DNA of 64,000 nt from Felis catus (taxonomy: Eukaryota): NCBI RefSeq assembly GCF_018350175.1, contig NC_058368.1, forward strand, positions 101,620,001 to 101,684,000. Direction: 5' to 3'. The position numbers and the translations under genes were made by a program. The notes under the pieces were generated by a model. That model saw only the letters and a list, made by a program, of their open reading frames with translations. It made no database searches and was not told where the DNA came from. How positions within the stretch are numbered: position 1 is the stretch's first letter; the number at the start of each line of letters is the position of its first letter. Positions 26,460-37,924 of this stretch are shown one piece after another.

Positions 26460-27490
26460 ATCCCAAGCAGGCTCCATGCTTGCTACAGAGTCCGATGCAG
26501 GGCTCGATCTCACAACCATGAGATCGTGACTTGAGCCACAATCAAGAGTCAGATGCTTAACTGACTGAGCCACCCAGGCTCCCCTCTTCATTTCTGATCA
26601 AGCTCTTAGGTCGCCATAGAAGAAACTTATGAGAAACAAGCCATTTACTTATCAAAATTGCCCAGAGAAGAAAGAAAGATATCTTAAGCAAATAACACAT
26701 ATAAAGAGCTACCGTGAAGGATTTGCAGTACTGACATTCCAATTCTTCGTTGTTGTTCCTGTTGTGTTGGGTGAACTCCATGGTGATGGCTCTCGAAACC
26801 GCCCCGTGGTGACCCACAGCAGAAATAGAAAATCTTTCCGTTCTCCAGCATCGACTGCATGAAATTGGAATTTTATTACCTTATTTGTGGCTCTCCTCCT
26901 CCGTCAGGGAAGAGTCAGCCAGGTTCTTTTAGGCTTTTCACATATTTCTAAATCACCCTGTTTTCTAGCACTTAGGAAAAGCCTCCTTTTTCTTCCTTGA
27001 AACCCCGACCCTATAACGTATTTGCCCCATGGTATAGTCTCCCTTTGAGGAGGAAAGACCCCATTTCACTGAACAAAATGGCTTGCCTGCCCTTTGTATC
27101 TTGGCGTGGAGAGGCACATATTCTGATATGGGATCATGCCACCTGAAATGCAGCCACTGGCCTTGCTTGGACCTACTTGATCCCACTCGTGTTAGCTCCT
27201 GCTTGGTTATGTTATACTTAGTTTACTCACCATTGCAGTGTGGGAAGGGGAGCCTGGTTATCAATGCCATTCAGACATAGAAGACCTGTAGATGGTGCAG
27301 AACAGACTCACAAGTCCGTTGGTTCTTAAAAACTATGGGCATAGCTTTTTACAGATACAATATGTTTTTCAGTAGACAGTCTCCCCATCTCATGGCTGGG
27401 GCCCACTGTGAATGGACTCCCTTCAAAGAATCTGCTCTTTGTATATAAAGAGGTACTTTATTTACCACAAAAGTTCCAAAATTGACAAAT
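26150..27490 (-). repeat. Arm A of an ancient inverted duplication (partner 33650-35690)
   Basis: Collinear reverse-complement anchors: 26265-26274 vs 35565-35574, exact 26-mer 26877-26902 vs 35176-35201, 27216-27225 vs 34403-34412, 27464-27475 vs 33655-33666. Confidence 0.85.
26375..26584 (-). mobile_element. Can-SINE inserted in arm A
   Basis: SINE body with no counterpart in arm B. Confidence 0.95.
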
Positions 27491-27764
27491 ATAAAATACT
27501 TTTTGGAGGGTTTTTGATTCTGAACATAGTACTCTACTGAAGACAGGAAAATACCAACATACGTCTGTCAGAGTTCCAATTTATCAGTCCTAAGAACCTA
27601 TACATCTCAATGACACCAATGACACCCAATTGTGTGTCTTTTTTGCCCATTGTAGGATTTTACATCGAGGTTCTAGGTCTTTAATTTGTCAGGTGGGGTG
27701 TAGAGATGTGTGGAAATTCCCAGCAGGACTAAGTTTAACTATGTAGAGAGGATTCTCTAGCTTT

Positions 27765-27994
27765 TGTTTTTTTAACTTAACTTTTAAATTTTTATTTGAG
27801 AGCGAGAGCAAGCGAGAGAGAGAGAGAGAGAGAGAACGAGCAGGAAGTGGGGCAAAGGGAGGAGAAAGAAAGAGAGAATTTCAAGCAGGTTCCATGCTCA
27901 GCAAAGCCCGATACAGGGCCTGATCCCACGGCTCTTGGATCCCATGAGCTGAAATCCAGAGTTGGACACGCAGCCGACAGCCACCCAGATGCCC
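27765..27994 (-). mobile_element. Can-SINE (older)
   Basis: SINE body; degenerate TSD TTCTCTRGCTTT. Confidence 0.9.
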
Positions 27995-28490
27995 TTCTCT
28001 GGCTTTATAATTGCTTACTGTTTATGTGTTCTAGAAATTCAGGGAATGGATCATGAGGGTTTTGTTTGTTGTTTTTTGTGTTTTGTTTCTGATTTCGTTC
28101 TTTTTTGCTTGTTGCTTATGATGCTTTACGGATGCTTGAATTTCATGTTAGGTCCCTTAGTGTGTTCGCATCAATACCATGCAATTTGAGACCAAACCTG
28201 GCAAAGTAAAAATAAGTGAAAATTGGAACTAGGATCTTCGTAATTCACGCAACAGAAAAAAATTGCTTTAACCTTTAAAGTAAAGAGTCGGTTTTAAGGA
28301 TACGTGATTATTTCTGGCGAGATGTGCATTGCTTTTTGTTCCTTTTGCTGTTATCTTCATTTTAGGGGTTGGCCTGTGCTCATTCTGGCTTTCTGGCGTT
28401 ACAGTCATGTTAAGGAACTCTCATTGAAATTCCAAGGCACAGAGTGAAATGAGGTGTTAGAGATTGTGCGTTAGAATTGGAGACTGAGTC

Positions 28491-28715
28491 GGGGCGCCTG
28501 GGTGGTTCAATCGGTTGAGTGTCCGATTTCAGCTCAGGTCACGATCTCGCGGTCCGTGAGTTCGAGCCCCATGTCGGGCTCTGGGCTGATGGCTCAGAGC
28601 CTGGAGCCTGCTTCTGATTTTGTGTCTCCCTCTCTCTCTGCCCCTCCCCCGTTCATGCCGTGTCTCTCTCTGTCTCAAAAATAAATAAATGTTAAAAAAA
28701 AATAAAAAGAAAAAA
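28491..28715 (+). mobile_element. Can-SINE
   Basis: 18-bp TSD AGAATTGGAGACTGAGTC at 28473-28490 and 28716-28733. Confidence 0.97.
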
Positions 28716-29398
28716 AGAATTGGAGACTGAGTCTTGTGTAATCAGAATCCAGAGTATCTATTTATCTCCAGGTAGAAACAGATTCACTTTGCATACACGT
28801 AAGTTCAGTTTTCAATGCCTTCATGGACTTACTGTCGCCTGGATAAGGCTTTCTGCTTGGGGCCATGAGTTTTCTACTCAAATACTGGTATCTTCTGGGC
28901 TGTTACATGAATATTCTAAGGATTAGTCCTCAGTGATAGTTTACCTACCCCACATTCACATATTGGTTATTATACCCGACAGGCAGATAGAACCAAGAAT
29001 TTGATCAATAACCAAATTAAGGAACAGCCCCTTGCACTCTTCATATAGGAGCACCTTTCGCATTCTCCTTTGAGGCCGATGCATGACAACTTACGGTAAG
29101 GTGGCATGTGTTTTCTAAGCTATGGTCACTTGGGAAGGTACAGATTTCTGGCTGGTGGAAGAAGTCCTGTAATCAGACACACTGTCTGCAAGGACTCTTA
29201 TAACAAGAGAAGCCTGCAGAGTTGGAGCTGTAAGGAGACAGGGGGCAAGAACAGGTGGAATTTACACGTGAACTCAAGAAGCATAGGTATCTGGGATGAG
29301 TTCAGAAAGCAATAGTCATCATGATTGCGCTGAATTTATTGAGATGTCCAATTACATTTGATAGCATTTGATTAAGAACATGAAACCCATTTTGAAAA

Positions 29399-29422
29399 TT
29401 TTTTTTATGTTTTTATTTTATT

Positions 29423-29469
<47 letters not shown>

Positions 29470-29631
29470 GTGGGGGAGGGACAGAGGGAGAGGGAGACAC
29501 AGAATCCAAATCAGGCTCCAGGCTCCGAGCTGTCAGCTCAGAGTCCGATGCGGGGCTCGAACTCAAAAACGGTGAGATCATGACCTGAGCCAAAGTCGGA
29601 CGCTTAACTGACCGAGCCACTCAGGTGCCCC
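29399..29631 (-). mobile_element. Can-SINE
   Basis: SINE body with long (GA)n linker. Confidence 0.95.
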
Positions 29632-30200
29632 GCAACACATTTTGAAGTTTGCCAACCAAATAAATAAATAAAAATGAGACCCTTTTGTTACACAAGGGTT
29701 ATTGTCTCCATTATCTGCAAAACGTGGCTTCCTCAGCAGCTTAAGGAGGAGACTGGAAACTGTAGCCCATGGGCTATATTTGATCTACAGATGTGTGGAT
29801 TCAGTGGAATGGGAACCTTTGAGTATGTCACTCAACCTAGCTCCAGTCCAGACTTGTGCCCGTGGCATAAGAAGACTGTTTGAGAATCGCAGCTGCAAAG
29901 AAGACTGGGAGTTTTCTATATATTCACAAACACATAGTTAAAAAAAAAAAAAAAAGAAAAGAAAAAAGAAAATCACCCCCCCCTATTTCCCCTTCTCATT
30001 TGATTATCAGGATTTCATTTTCTGTAAAAGGTAACAAATTATTATGTTTTACTTTCATTTTTTTTTTAAAAGTGAAACGAAATGAAAACAGCTACATCTT
30101 CTAAAGTATGAAGTGGGTGGAAAATAGCAAAAATATTTGAAAGCATGTAGATTTGAAATAACCCAAAGTTTGTTTTTTAAAGGATCACGTTTTAGAAAAA

Positions 30201-30411
30201 TGTTTACTTATTTATTTTGAGAGAGAGAGAAAGAGAGGGAAGGAAAATGAGTGGCGGAGGGGCAGAGAGAGAGGGAGACACAGAGTCACAAGAGGCTCCA
30301 CACTGTTTGCACAGAGCGTGATGTGGGGCTCAATCTCAGGAGCCTTGAGGTCATGGCCTGAGCCAAGATCAAGAGTCGGACGCTCAACCGACTGAGCCAC
30401 CCAGGCGCCCC
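30201..30411 (-). mobile_element. Can-SINE
   Basis: SINE body. Confidence 0.95.
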
Positions 30412-30618
30412 TCAACCAATTGTTTTCAAACTGAGGGAGGGGAGCATGAGTATCCCAGAAGGTGCTCAAGATAATCTCTGTTAGAAGAGGTACAAATGCA
30501 CGTGTGGCCACATCCAAACTGATATTTTCAACGTACATTTCTGGATATGTTTTTATAGTATACATAATTTGTTAACCCTTAGTACATGTATATAGTATAT
30601 ACATAAGCATATAGAAAG

Positions 30619-30890
30619 TGTGGTTGCCTGTATTCGTCAACTTGACTGGTCTGCAGGATGCCTGGATAGGTGACAAAACAGACTGCTTTTAGCTTGCCGA
30701 ATGCACGTCACAGGAATCTTCAGCCTCCACAGTTGTGTGACCCAATCAATCTCTCATAATGATCCCTTTCTTTATGTATGTGTATATGAATATATATGTA
30801 TTTGCATAGGTGTATACATATGACATACACATGCATACCTATAGCTCTCTGTCCCACTTGTTCTGTCTCCTCGGAGAAGTGACATTTACA
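30619..30890 (+). mobile_element. MLT2 (ERVL) LTR remnant with internal deletion
   Basis: TGTGGTT...GTCAACTTGACTGG...GGATGCCTGGATAG and CAGCCTCCA...TTGTGTGA.CCAAT...TTCTGTCTC.TCGGAGAA. Confidence 0.75.
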
Positions 30891-31796
30891 GAGGGCATGA
30901 TCGATTGATCGATTGTGGTTGTTTTTTTTTTTAATCAAAACGTAATGCCAAATATTTTGGAGATTACTTATTTAGATGATCTCCAGTGCACTTGCCCATG
31001 AAGCTGTTCTTATTTTTCAAATATTTGTGGTAAAACTTAATGCAATCATTTGTCTTTAAAATTTCTCCTTTTGGTGTCTCTGTTCTCACACTTGCCATTG
31101 GTCAAATGTATTCTACTGTGTCAGATGGAGAGGGTTCTGTGGGTGGTTCTCATTTGGGCTCTGGGGGTTTGACTTCTGGAAACTACCCTTACTTTTCTCA
31201 TATCTCACCTATGCCCTTGAGGTGCTGGTGCTTACACTGAATCCAGTGTTTCTAGATGCTTTTAAATGATATATCACATATACCATAATTCCAGAAGTGG
31301 AGTGTATTAAATTTTAGTTAGGCTAACTTCTTCCCTACTAGCCTTCTATTTTGTGTGAATACACAGCTGAATAAATTCTTCCATATTACTTTATTTTTTT
31401 CTGAATTCATTAGTATTATTACCTGTTCATTCTTTCAGGAAAGTTTAGTATTAATTTTGTCAAGTTTGAAAAGAAATCGCCATCAAGAATTTGATTAGAT
31501 GTCGATTAATATTGTGATTGCTACACACTTTGAGGAGATGTTTTCCTGAAAAGCTCTTTCCTCCTACCCCTAGTCAGAGAGCTACTCTGTCTCTCACAAA
31601 TAGAAATTTCAAGAACATCATTTCCTCCCGGTCTGGCCCATATATTAATAAGATAGGGTTATTGCAAACATTTTCAAATTTACAGAAAAGTTGAGAGTGA
31701 TATACCCACGTACCCACTCCTTGTCTCTAACATCGTATTGTACTTGCTTTATCGTATAGCAATACTCGGGTCAATCTGTATTTTATCTTAAAAAAA

Positions 31797-32018
31797 TTTC
31801 TAATGTTTATTTATTTACTTATTTATTTTTAATATGATATTGTCAAATTGATTTAATGTTTATCTTTGAGAGCGAGAGAGACAGAATATGAGTGGGGGAG
31901 GGGCAGAAAGAGAGGGAGACACAGAATCTGAAGCGGGCTCCAGGCTCCGAGCTCTCAGCACAGATCGTGAACTGAGCCAAAGTTGGACGTCTAACCAACT
32001 GAGCCACCCAGGCAACCC
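31797..32018 (-). mobile_element. Can-SINE with internal deletion, inside an L1 fragment
   Basis: CAGCACAGA joined directly to TCGTGA, so the B-box segment is missing. Confidence 0.9.
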
Positions 32019-33116
32019 TATTTTATTGTTTGATGCCCTGCAAGGTAAATTGCAGATAACGATACACTCCCTGATGTATAAAACTCCAGTGTGCATGTCA
32101 TTAACCGGAGTTCAACGTTCGTTTACAGCTTTTATTCTCTTAGTTAAAATTAGATATAATTACACACGAATCCTCAGTGTACATTTGCTGAGTTTTGAAA
32201 ATTGCACACTTGAACCTCTATCAAGATCATGAACATTACCCTCACCCTATAAATTTTCCCTTTGCTAGCAGCAGCTGTTTTCAGAGGTCTGATTTGCAGA
32301 CTCGTGGAGTCCGTAACGTGACTCTACAGGTAAGTAATGCTTTTGGCCGCAAGTAACAGACAACCACACATAGAGTGAATATGAAGTAGAATTAAATGTT
32401 GTCACGTAACAAGGGAGGGAGGCAGCTGTTGGTGTTAATTCACTGGCCCAGTGATGTCAAGGATGACATCTCTGGGATTTGCCTGATTTTCCCTCTATGT
32501 TTTCAAATAGCTGCTGTGACTCCTGGCATCGTTCAACACTATTTATTTATTCCAAGAAACATCTGTGTGTATTCTAGGTACTTCCTAATGCTTGGAATAG
32601 AGCAGGAAACAAACAAAAAAGTTCTTGTCCTCCAAGTAGGCATAAAAAGGAATTCACAACCTAGGTCTGAGTGTCCATTTATCATGAAGGCAAGAACTTT
32701 CACAGCACACCATTGATCCCTTTGGCAGAATTCTTTTTATTTCTCACTGGATGGCGTAAAAAAAAAAAGAGCATTTGTATTTTCTCAACTCTTTTCTGTG
32801 AGGGCATTTGGAAGAACTGTGGTGTCAGCTAATCAACATTGTTTGCCAGAGGAACGTTAGGAACTAATTTATGGTCTACTCAATTTCCTTGCACCTATAA
32901 ATCGTCTCAGCACTTATACTAGCATGGAGATGATAGTGGGATGGGTTTTTATCACACTGGAGGGAATGGGATCATTTTCATTTTCAAGAGTGATGGGTTC
33001 TACACTCACCTTCTCCTTCATGCTGACAAGTAGCAAAGTTATTGAAGACCCTCAGTCACCAGCATGTGGCCTTGTACAGGAAAAGAGCTCTGAACTGAGG
33101 ATTCAGAGACCTGGTT

Positions 33117-33519
33117 TCTTTTTTATTTTATTTTATTTTATTTTATTTTATTTTATTTTATTTTATATTTTATTTTATTTTTTAATTTAATTTTATTATT
33201 TTATTTTATTATTTTATATTTTATTTTATTTTATATTTTATTTTATTTTTTAATTTAATTTTATTATTTTATTTTATTATTTTATATTTTATTTTATTTT
33301 ATTTTATTTTATTTTATTTTATTTTATTTTAATTTTAAAGAGAGAGTGCACACACACAAGCATGAGTAGGAGAGGGGCAGAGGGAGACAGAGAGAATCCC
33401 AACCAGGCTCCACGCTCAGAGCAGAGCCCAATGTTGGGCTTGAACTCATGACTCTGGGATCGTGACCTGAGCCAACATCAAGAGTTGGATGCTCGATTGA
33501 CTGAGTCACCCAGGCGCCC
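33117..33519 (-). mobile_element. Can-SINE with expanded ~210-bp (TTTTA)n tail, inserted in a MIR
   Basis: TSD AGAYCTGGTTTCT; SINE body at 33335-33519. Confidence 0.95.
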
Positions 33520-33899
33520 TGAAAGATCTGGTTTCTAGGTCCGTCTCCGACTTACTTAGTATGAAAATGTAAGCGAATTGTGACACCTCTCTGGTCCTCT
33601 AGGTCCTTGTGAAATGAGTGGCTTTCATGTTTTAACTTTCAAGTCTAATGGAGCAACTTTTGCGGTGGAGTCAAAAGATTAAGCAGCTTTCTATCGTAGA
33701 ACGCGGACACTCCTAAGGCTATTCTATTCGCAGAGGGAGTGAGCCTCAGTCACACAGAGGAGAGAGGGTCTGACTATTACAAATTGTGTATTATAGTTTT
33801 GTAGCGGCAGTGCGTCATTACCTTTTTGGGAACAACTGAACTTGTAAAAGATTTCTGCATATTCTTTGGTCTTTCTCTAGCTGTGACCCCATCCCCTTC

Positions 33900-34379
33900 T
33901 GCAACAGGCAGAATAATGGCCCTCCTAAAATGTCCACGTCTCTATCCCTGCAATTTGTGAATGTGTTAACGTTATATGACAAATGGGGATTAAGGTTCGA
34001 ATCAGCTGACTTTGAGATGGGGAGGTTATCTTGGTTGATCCTGGTTGACCCAGTATAATTCCAAGAGTCCTTGTAAGTGAAAGAGGGAGGCAGGAGAGTC
34101 ACTATGAGACTGATATGAGGTGTGAAACACCCACGGTCATCGATGGCTTCGAAGATGGATGAGCCAAATAAGGCAGGCGACCTGTAGAAGCTGTAAAAGG
34201 TAAAGAACGATTTTCCCCTAGAGCCTCCAGAAGGAATTCAGCCCTGCTGACACCACACTTAGCCTGCTGAGACCAATTCAGACTTTGCATGTCCAGAACT
34301 GTGAGATAATAGATTTTGTATTGTTTTAAGCTGCTAAGTGTAGAGTAATTTGCTACAGGTGCAGTAAAAAATGAGTACA
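33900..34379 (+). mobile_element. MLT1D-like full solo LTR
   Basis: TG...GGCAGAATAATGGCCC...CTAGAGCCTCCAGAAGGAA...CCAGAACTGTGAGATAATA...TGTTTTAAGC...TACA; near-TSD CCTTC/CTTTC. Confidence 0.92.
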
Positions 34380-34524
34380 CTTTCCCATATTGCTACGTGT
34401 GATAAACTAAGTTCAACAAATCTAAGCAGAAGTTAGCACAAGAGAAATCATGGAAGCTAAGGCAAACATAATGCCACATTTCAGCAGGCTAGAGCATCTA
34501 ATATTAGGATATATGTTATGTACT

Positions 34525-34572
34525 TATTTATTATTTAATTTAATTTAATAATTTTTTTAATGTTTATTTATT

Positions 34573-34609
<37 letters not shown>

Positions 34610-34956
34610 ACAAGCCAGGGAGAGGCAGAGAGAGAGAGAGACACAGAATCCGTAGCAGGTTCCAGGCTCTGAGCTGTCAGCACAGAGCCCCATGTGGGGC
34701 TTGAACCATGAACTGTGAGATCACGACCTGAGCCGAAGTCGGATGCTTAACCGACTGAGCCATCCAGGCGCCCCTTTATTTTTTTATTTTAGTGACAGAG
34801 CACGAGCCGGGGAGAGGTGGAGGGAGAGAGAATCCCAACCAGGCTCCACGTTCAGTGTGGAGCGTGACACAGGGCCTGATCCCATGACCCTGGGATCACG
34901 ACCTGAGCTGAAACCAAGAGTTGGCCGCTGAACTGACTGAGCCACCCAGACATCCC
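34525..34956 (-). mobile_element. Two tandem Can-SINEs (34525-34774 and 34775-34956)
   Basis: Two SINE bodies with a shared outer TSD-like TAGGATAT(AT)GTT. Confidence 0.95.
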
Positions 34957-35908
34957 TAGGATATGTTTTTATACATTAAGATACATAGGGAAGTCAAGCC
35001 ATCACCTCTACAGGAATAAGAGTTTTCTTCTTCAGAGAGACACTGTGTTATGGAGTAAATTCATTATAAGGCCAGGATTTCAGGAGGAAAAATCATACTC
35101 TTCCTAAGTACTAGAAACCCGGTGACTTAGACATAGGCAAATAGCCCAAAAGAACGTGGCTAACTATTCCCTGGTGGAGGAGGAGAGCCACAAATAAGGT
35201 AGTGGCTCATGAAGCCAGAATGGAAACATGTCCCCTTTCGGTCATGGGTCATTACGGAGGTGGCTTCGAACTGAGTTCACACACCATTAAGAGGTTACCG
35301 GCTGGAGGCTTAGAGGCCAGCATTTCCATTTTTCGAACCTTTCAACCTTATGACCTGCGTTATTATACCCCTGTTCTTTGCTTTGGGTCTTACCCCCCCC
35401 TACCCCCACTTCACTGTAATCCTCAAGTATAAAAACTTCCTTATAACAGCTTTTCTTTTAGAGTGTTGAATATTTGTTTTGATAAGCACAGTTGAAGACA
35501 TGGGAAACCCTTCATTGCGTTACAGAGTGCCTTAAATCGAGCACACCCTCCATAAGTATTTGTTGAATCAAACTACGTTTAATCAGCATATGTTTAAGGT
35601 AAATCCATAGAAAAATGTTTCATTGGTGTTTAAGACACTTCTTCTGTTTGTTTTCGAATGAGAGAGACTCATGCTGTAGTGTAAGAATTCTTCATAAGAA
35701 GAAATCATGTTCGAGAATACTGTCCTATTGTAGGTCTTACCTTACAGAAAAGAACATCTCTGAAAAGAGGCATTCAGATTAATTCAACATTTCCAAATAT
35801 TCAAACAAATGCCAAATTGCAAGACATATTTGGGTTTTTAAAGTCATTCCTTCCTTTTTGCTGAGTTTGAAGATGTGAACTAACTGCAGGGTTTGGGCCG
35901 CGTGGTTC

Positions 35909-36128
35909 CAGACCGTGCTGGGGTCCACTCACGCCAGCTGGTGAGAGTTAGAGTGACAGTGCTTGTCCCTCCCCAAATCTGTGGTCAGTGATGTCACACT
36001 GCTAGTGTGAAACTGGTCATGGTGGGCGTATGTGCATGACAGAGATTGGCAAATGCTACAAATCCAGATTTTTTTGCTGTTGTTGCCTTTAGAGAGCTGG
36101 TTGTGAAATTTTTACCTGCACGTGATGG
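35909..36128. mobile_element. MER63A-like hAT element
   Basis: TCAGTGATGTCACA...GAAACTGGTCATGGTGGG...ATTGGCAAATGCTACAAATC...GAGAGCTGGTTGT. Confidence 0.8.
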
Positions 36129-37554
36129 CTAATAGAGCATATACCCAAATAGACCATGCATTTTTGGACCGAGGTTTTTGGTGGGTTAAGTTTTTTTTTT
36201 TTGTTTTCAGCAGGGATGAGTATGGCAGGTCATTTTGTTCCTGTAAATGTGTTTATTAGGGCTCAGATGTTTTTCCCCTCCTCCGAGGATGTAGCCCCTT
36301 GACCATGGGTACAGCTCTCGAAGTATATAGAAATTCTAGCCTTTGAACTTCAACACCTGTTTCTCAGGCCAGGAAGCACCTCTGTGCTTAACTTTCTAGC
36401 CTCCCAGCTGCTGTTTTCTACTGTGTGTACATGTGTGTGCATGTGTGTGTGTATAAGTGTGTGTGTGTGCACGTGTGTGTAATATAATTCGTACTAATAA
36501 AGCCTATAGGCCGACTACAGAAAGGGAATTTGTTGACAGATTTTGAGGTTCTCTTCTCTCTAGTCTCCTGGTCTCTGGGGCTTTGCCCTTACGTTCTGGC
36601 TTCTGTGGCTGCCCTGACTTGGACCCCTGCCTTGTCAACCCAGCAAGACTGCTGTTTTAGCCCAGGTACCATTTTTTCCTCAGCTCTGTGAATTGAATGT
36701 CCTTAGGAAAAAAAAAAAAAGCCAAAGTGAGCATAGAGTTTATTTCCTGTGTTTTCCTTTTCTCAAGGAAAGCAAATCCTTAAATATTGCCTGCATCTGC
36801 TGTCTAGAACACCTTCGAATAATTTTAAAGTATGTCGTCCAGCTTTCAGGGTTGTGTTCCGTAGGAAGGTCACTCCAGCACCATCGCGGTTGTCGCAGCC
36901 AAAGCCAAAAATCTAAAGGAAAGCTTTCACGTTCAAAACCATTGTCGAGTCTTTGGCAAAACTAATTGCAAAAGGCATTCAGTGCTGGATAATCGTGGTT
37001 GAAGGTAGTTCTTGTCATTCAGAACAATTTTGGTTTTGGCCTTGAGCTCAAAAAATAGAAATGAAACTTTTCTCTACTAGCCCTGGAACTGCTGTATAGG
37101 ATGATAAGTGAGAATATTCAGCTTTGGTTTTGACACAATATATAGAACTGACAATGGTTTAATATAGTCTTCATGTGTCATGAAACCTTCTTCAGTTTTT
37201 TGTTTTTTTTTTTTTTACTATTTAAAATTTTAAGAAATAGTCTTTGCTCATGGGCCCTACAAAAACAGGAAAGGGGCCAAGGTTTGCCAAGTGCTGGTAT
37301 ACAACATGAATTTTAAACATTCATTTTGAAGTTCAGAGGCCAAGGATTAGGTCTTTTTCTTTAAGTTCCTGTTGTCTCTGGTTGCCAGCCTTCCAAAATT
37401 TCATTTCCTACCTCTCAATTATATGCTCTCTGATCTTGGACAAATTACCTAACTTCTCTCTGCTTTGATTGCCTTACTGGTGAAATTAAGATATTTTAGG
37501 AACAATTTTGTCTGAAAGTATATTGTGTGTGATGTTATTATAACCATTCTCACT

Positions 37555-37922
37555 TTCTTCCTTTCTTCCTTCCTTCCTTCCTTCCTTCCTTCCTTCCTTC
37601 CTTCCTTCCTTCCTTTCTTTCTTTCTTTCTTCCTTTCTTTCTTTCTTTCTTTCCTCCCTCCCTCCCTCCCTTCCTTCCTTCCTTCCTTCCTTCCTTCCTT
37701 CCTTCCTTCCTTCCTTCCTTTTTTCCTTTCCTTTCCTTTCCTTTCCTTTCCTTTCCTTTCGAGCAAGAGAGAGACAGAGAGAGAGAGAGAGAATGAATCT
37801 TGAGCAGACTCCACTCCCAGGGTGGAGTCTGATGTGGGGCTAGATGTCACAAACCAAGAGACCATGACCTGAGCCGAACTCAAGAGTGGGTCGCTCAACC
37901 CCCTGAGCCACCCAGGCGCCCC
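37555..37922 (-). mobile_element. Can-SINE with (TTCC/TTTC)n microsatellite tail
   Basis: Microsatellite 37555-37760, SINE body 37761-37922. Confidence 0.95.
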
Positions 37923-37924
37923 TC

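Larger units (their letters stand above)
33650..35690 (+). repeat. Arm B of the ancient inverted duplication, interrupted by MLT1D and two SINEs
   Basis: Same anchors as arm A; the alignment resumes across each insertion. Confidence 0.85.

Noticed and set aside
34960..35260. Resemblance of arm peptides (LRYIGK...FLL, AQKNV, RSKQ) to MGAT4C-type glycosyltransferases, and of RRRAT to CR1/L3 ORF2
   Set aside because: Motif spacing does not fit my recollection of either family; treated as coincidence pending BLASTX
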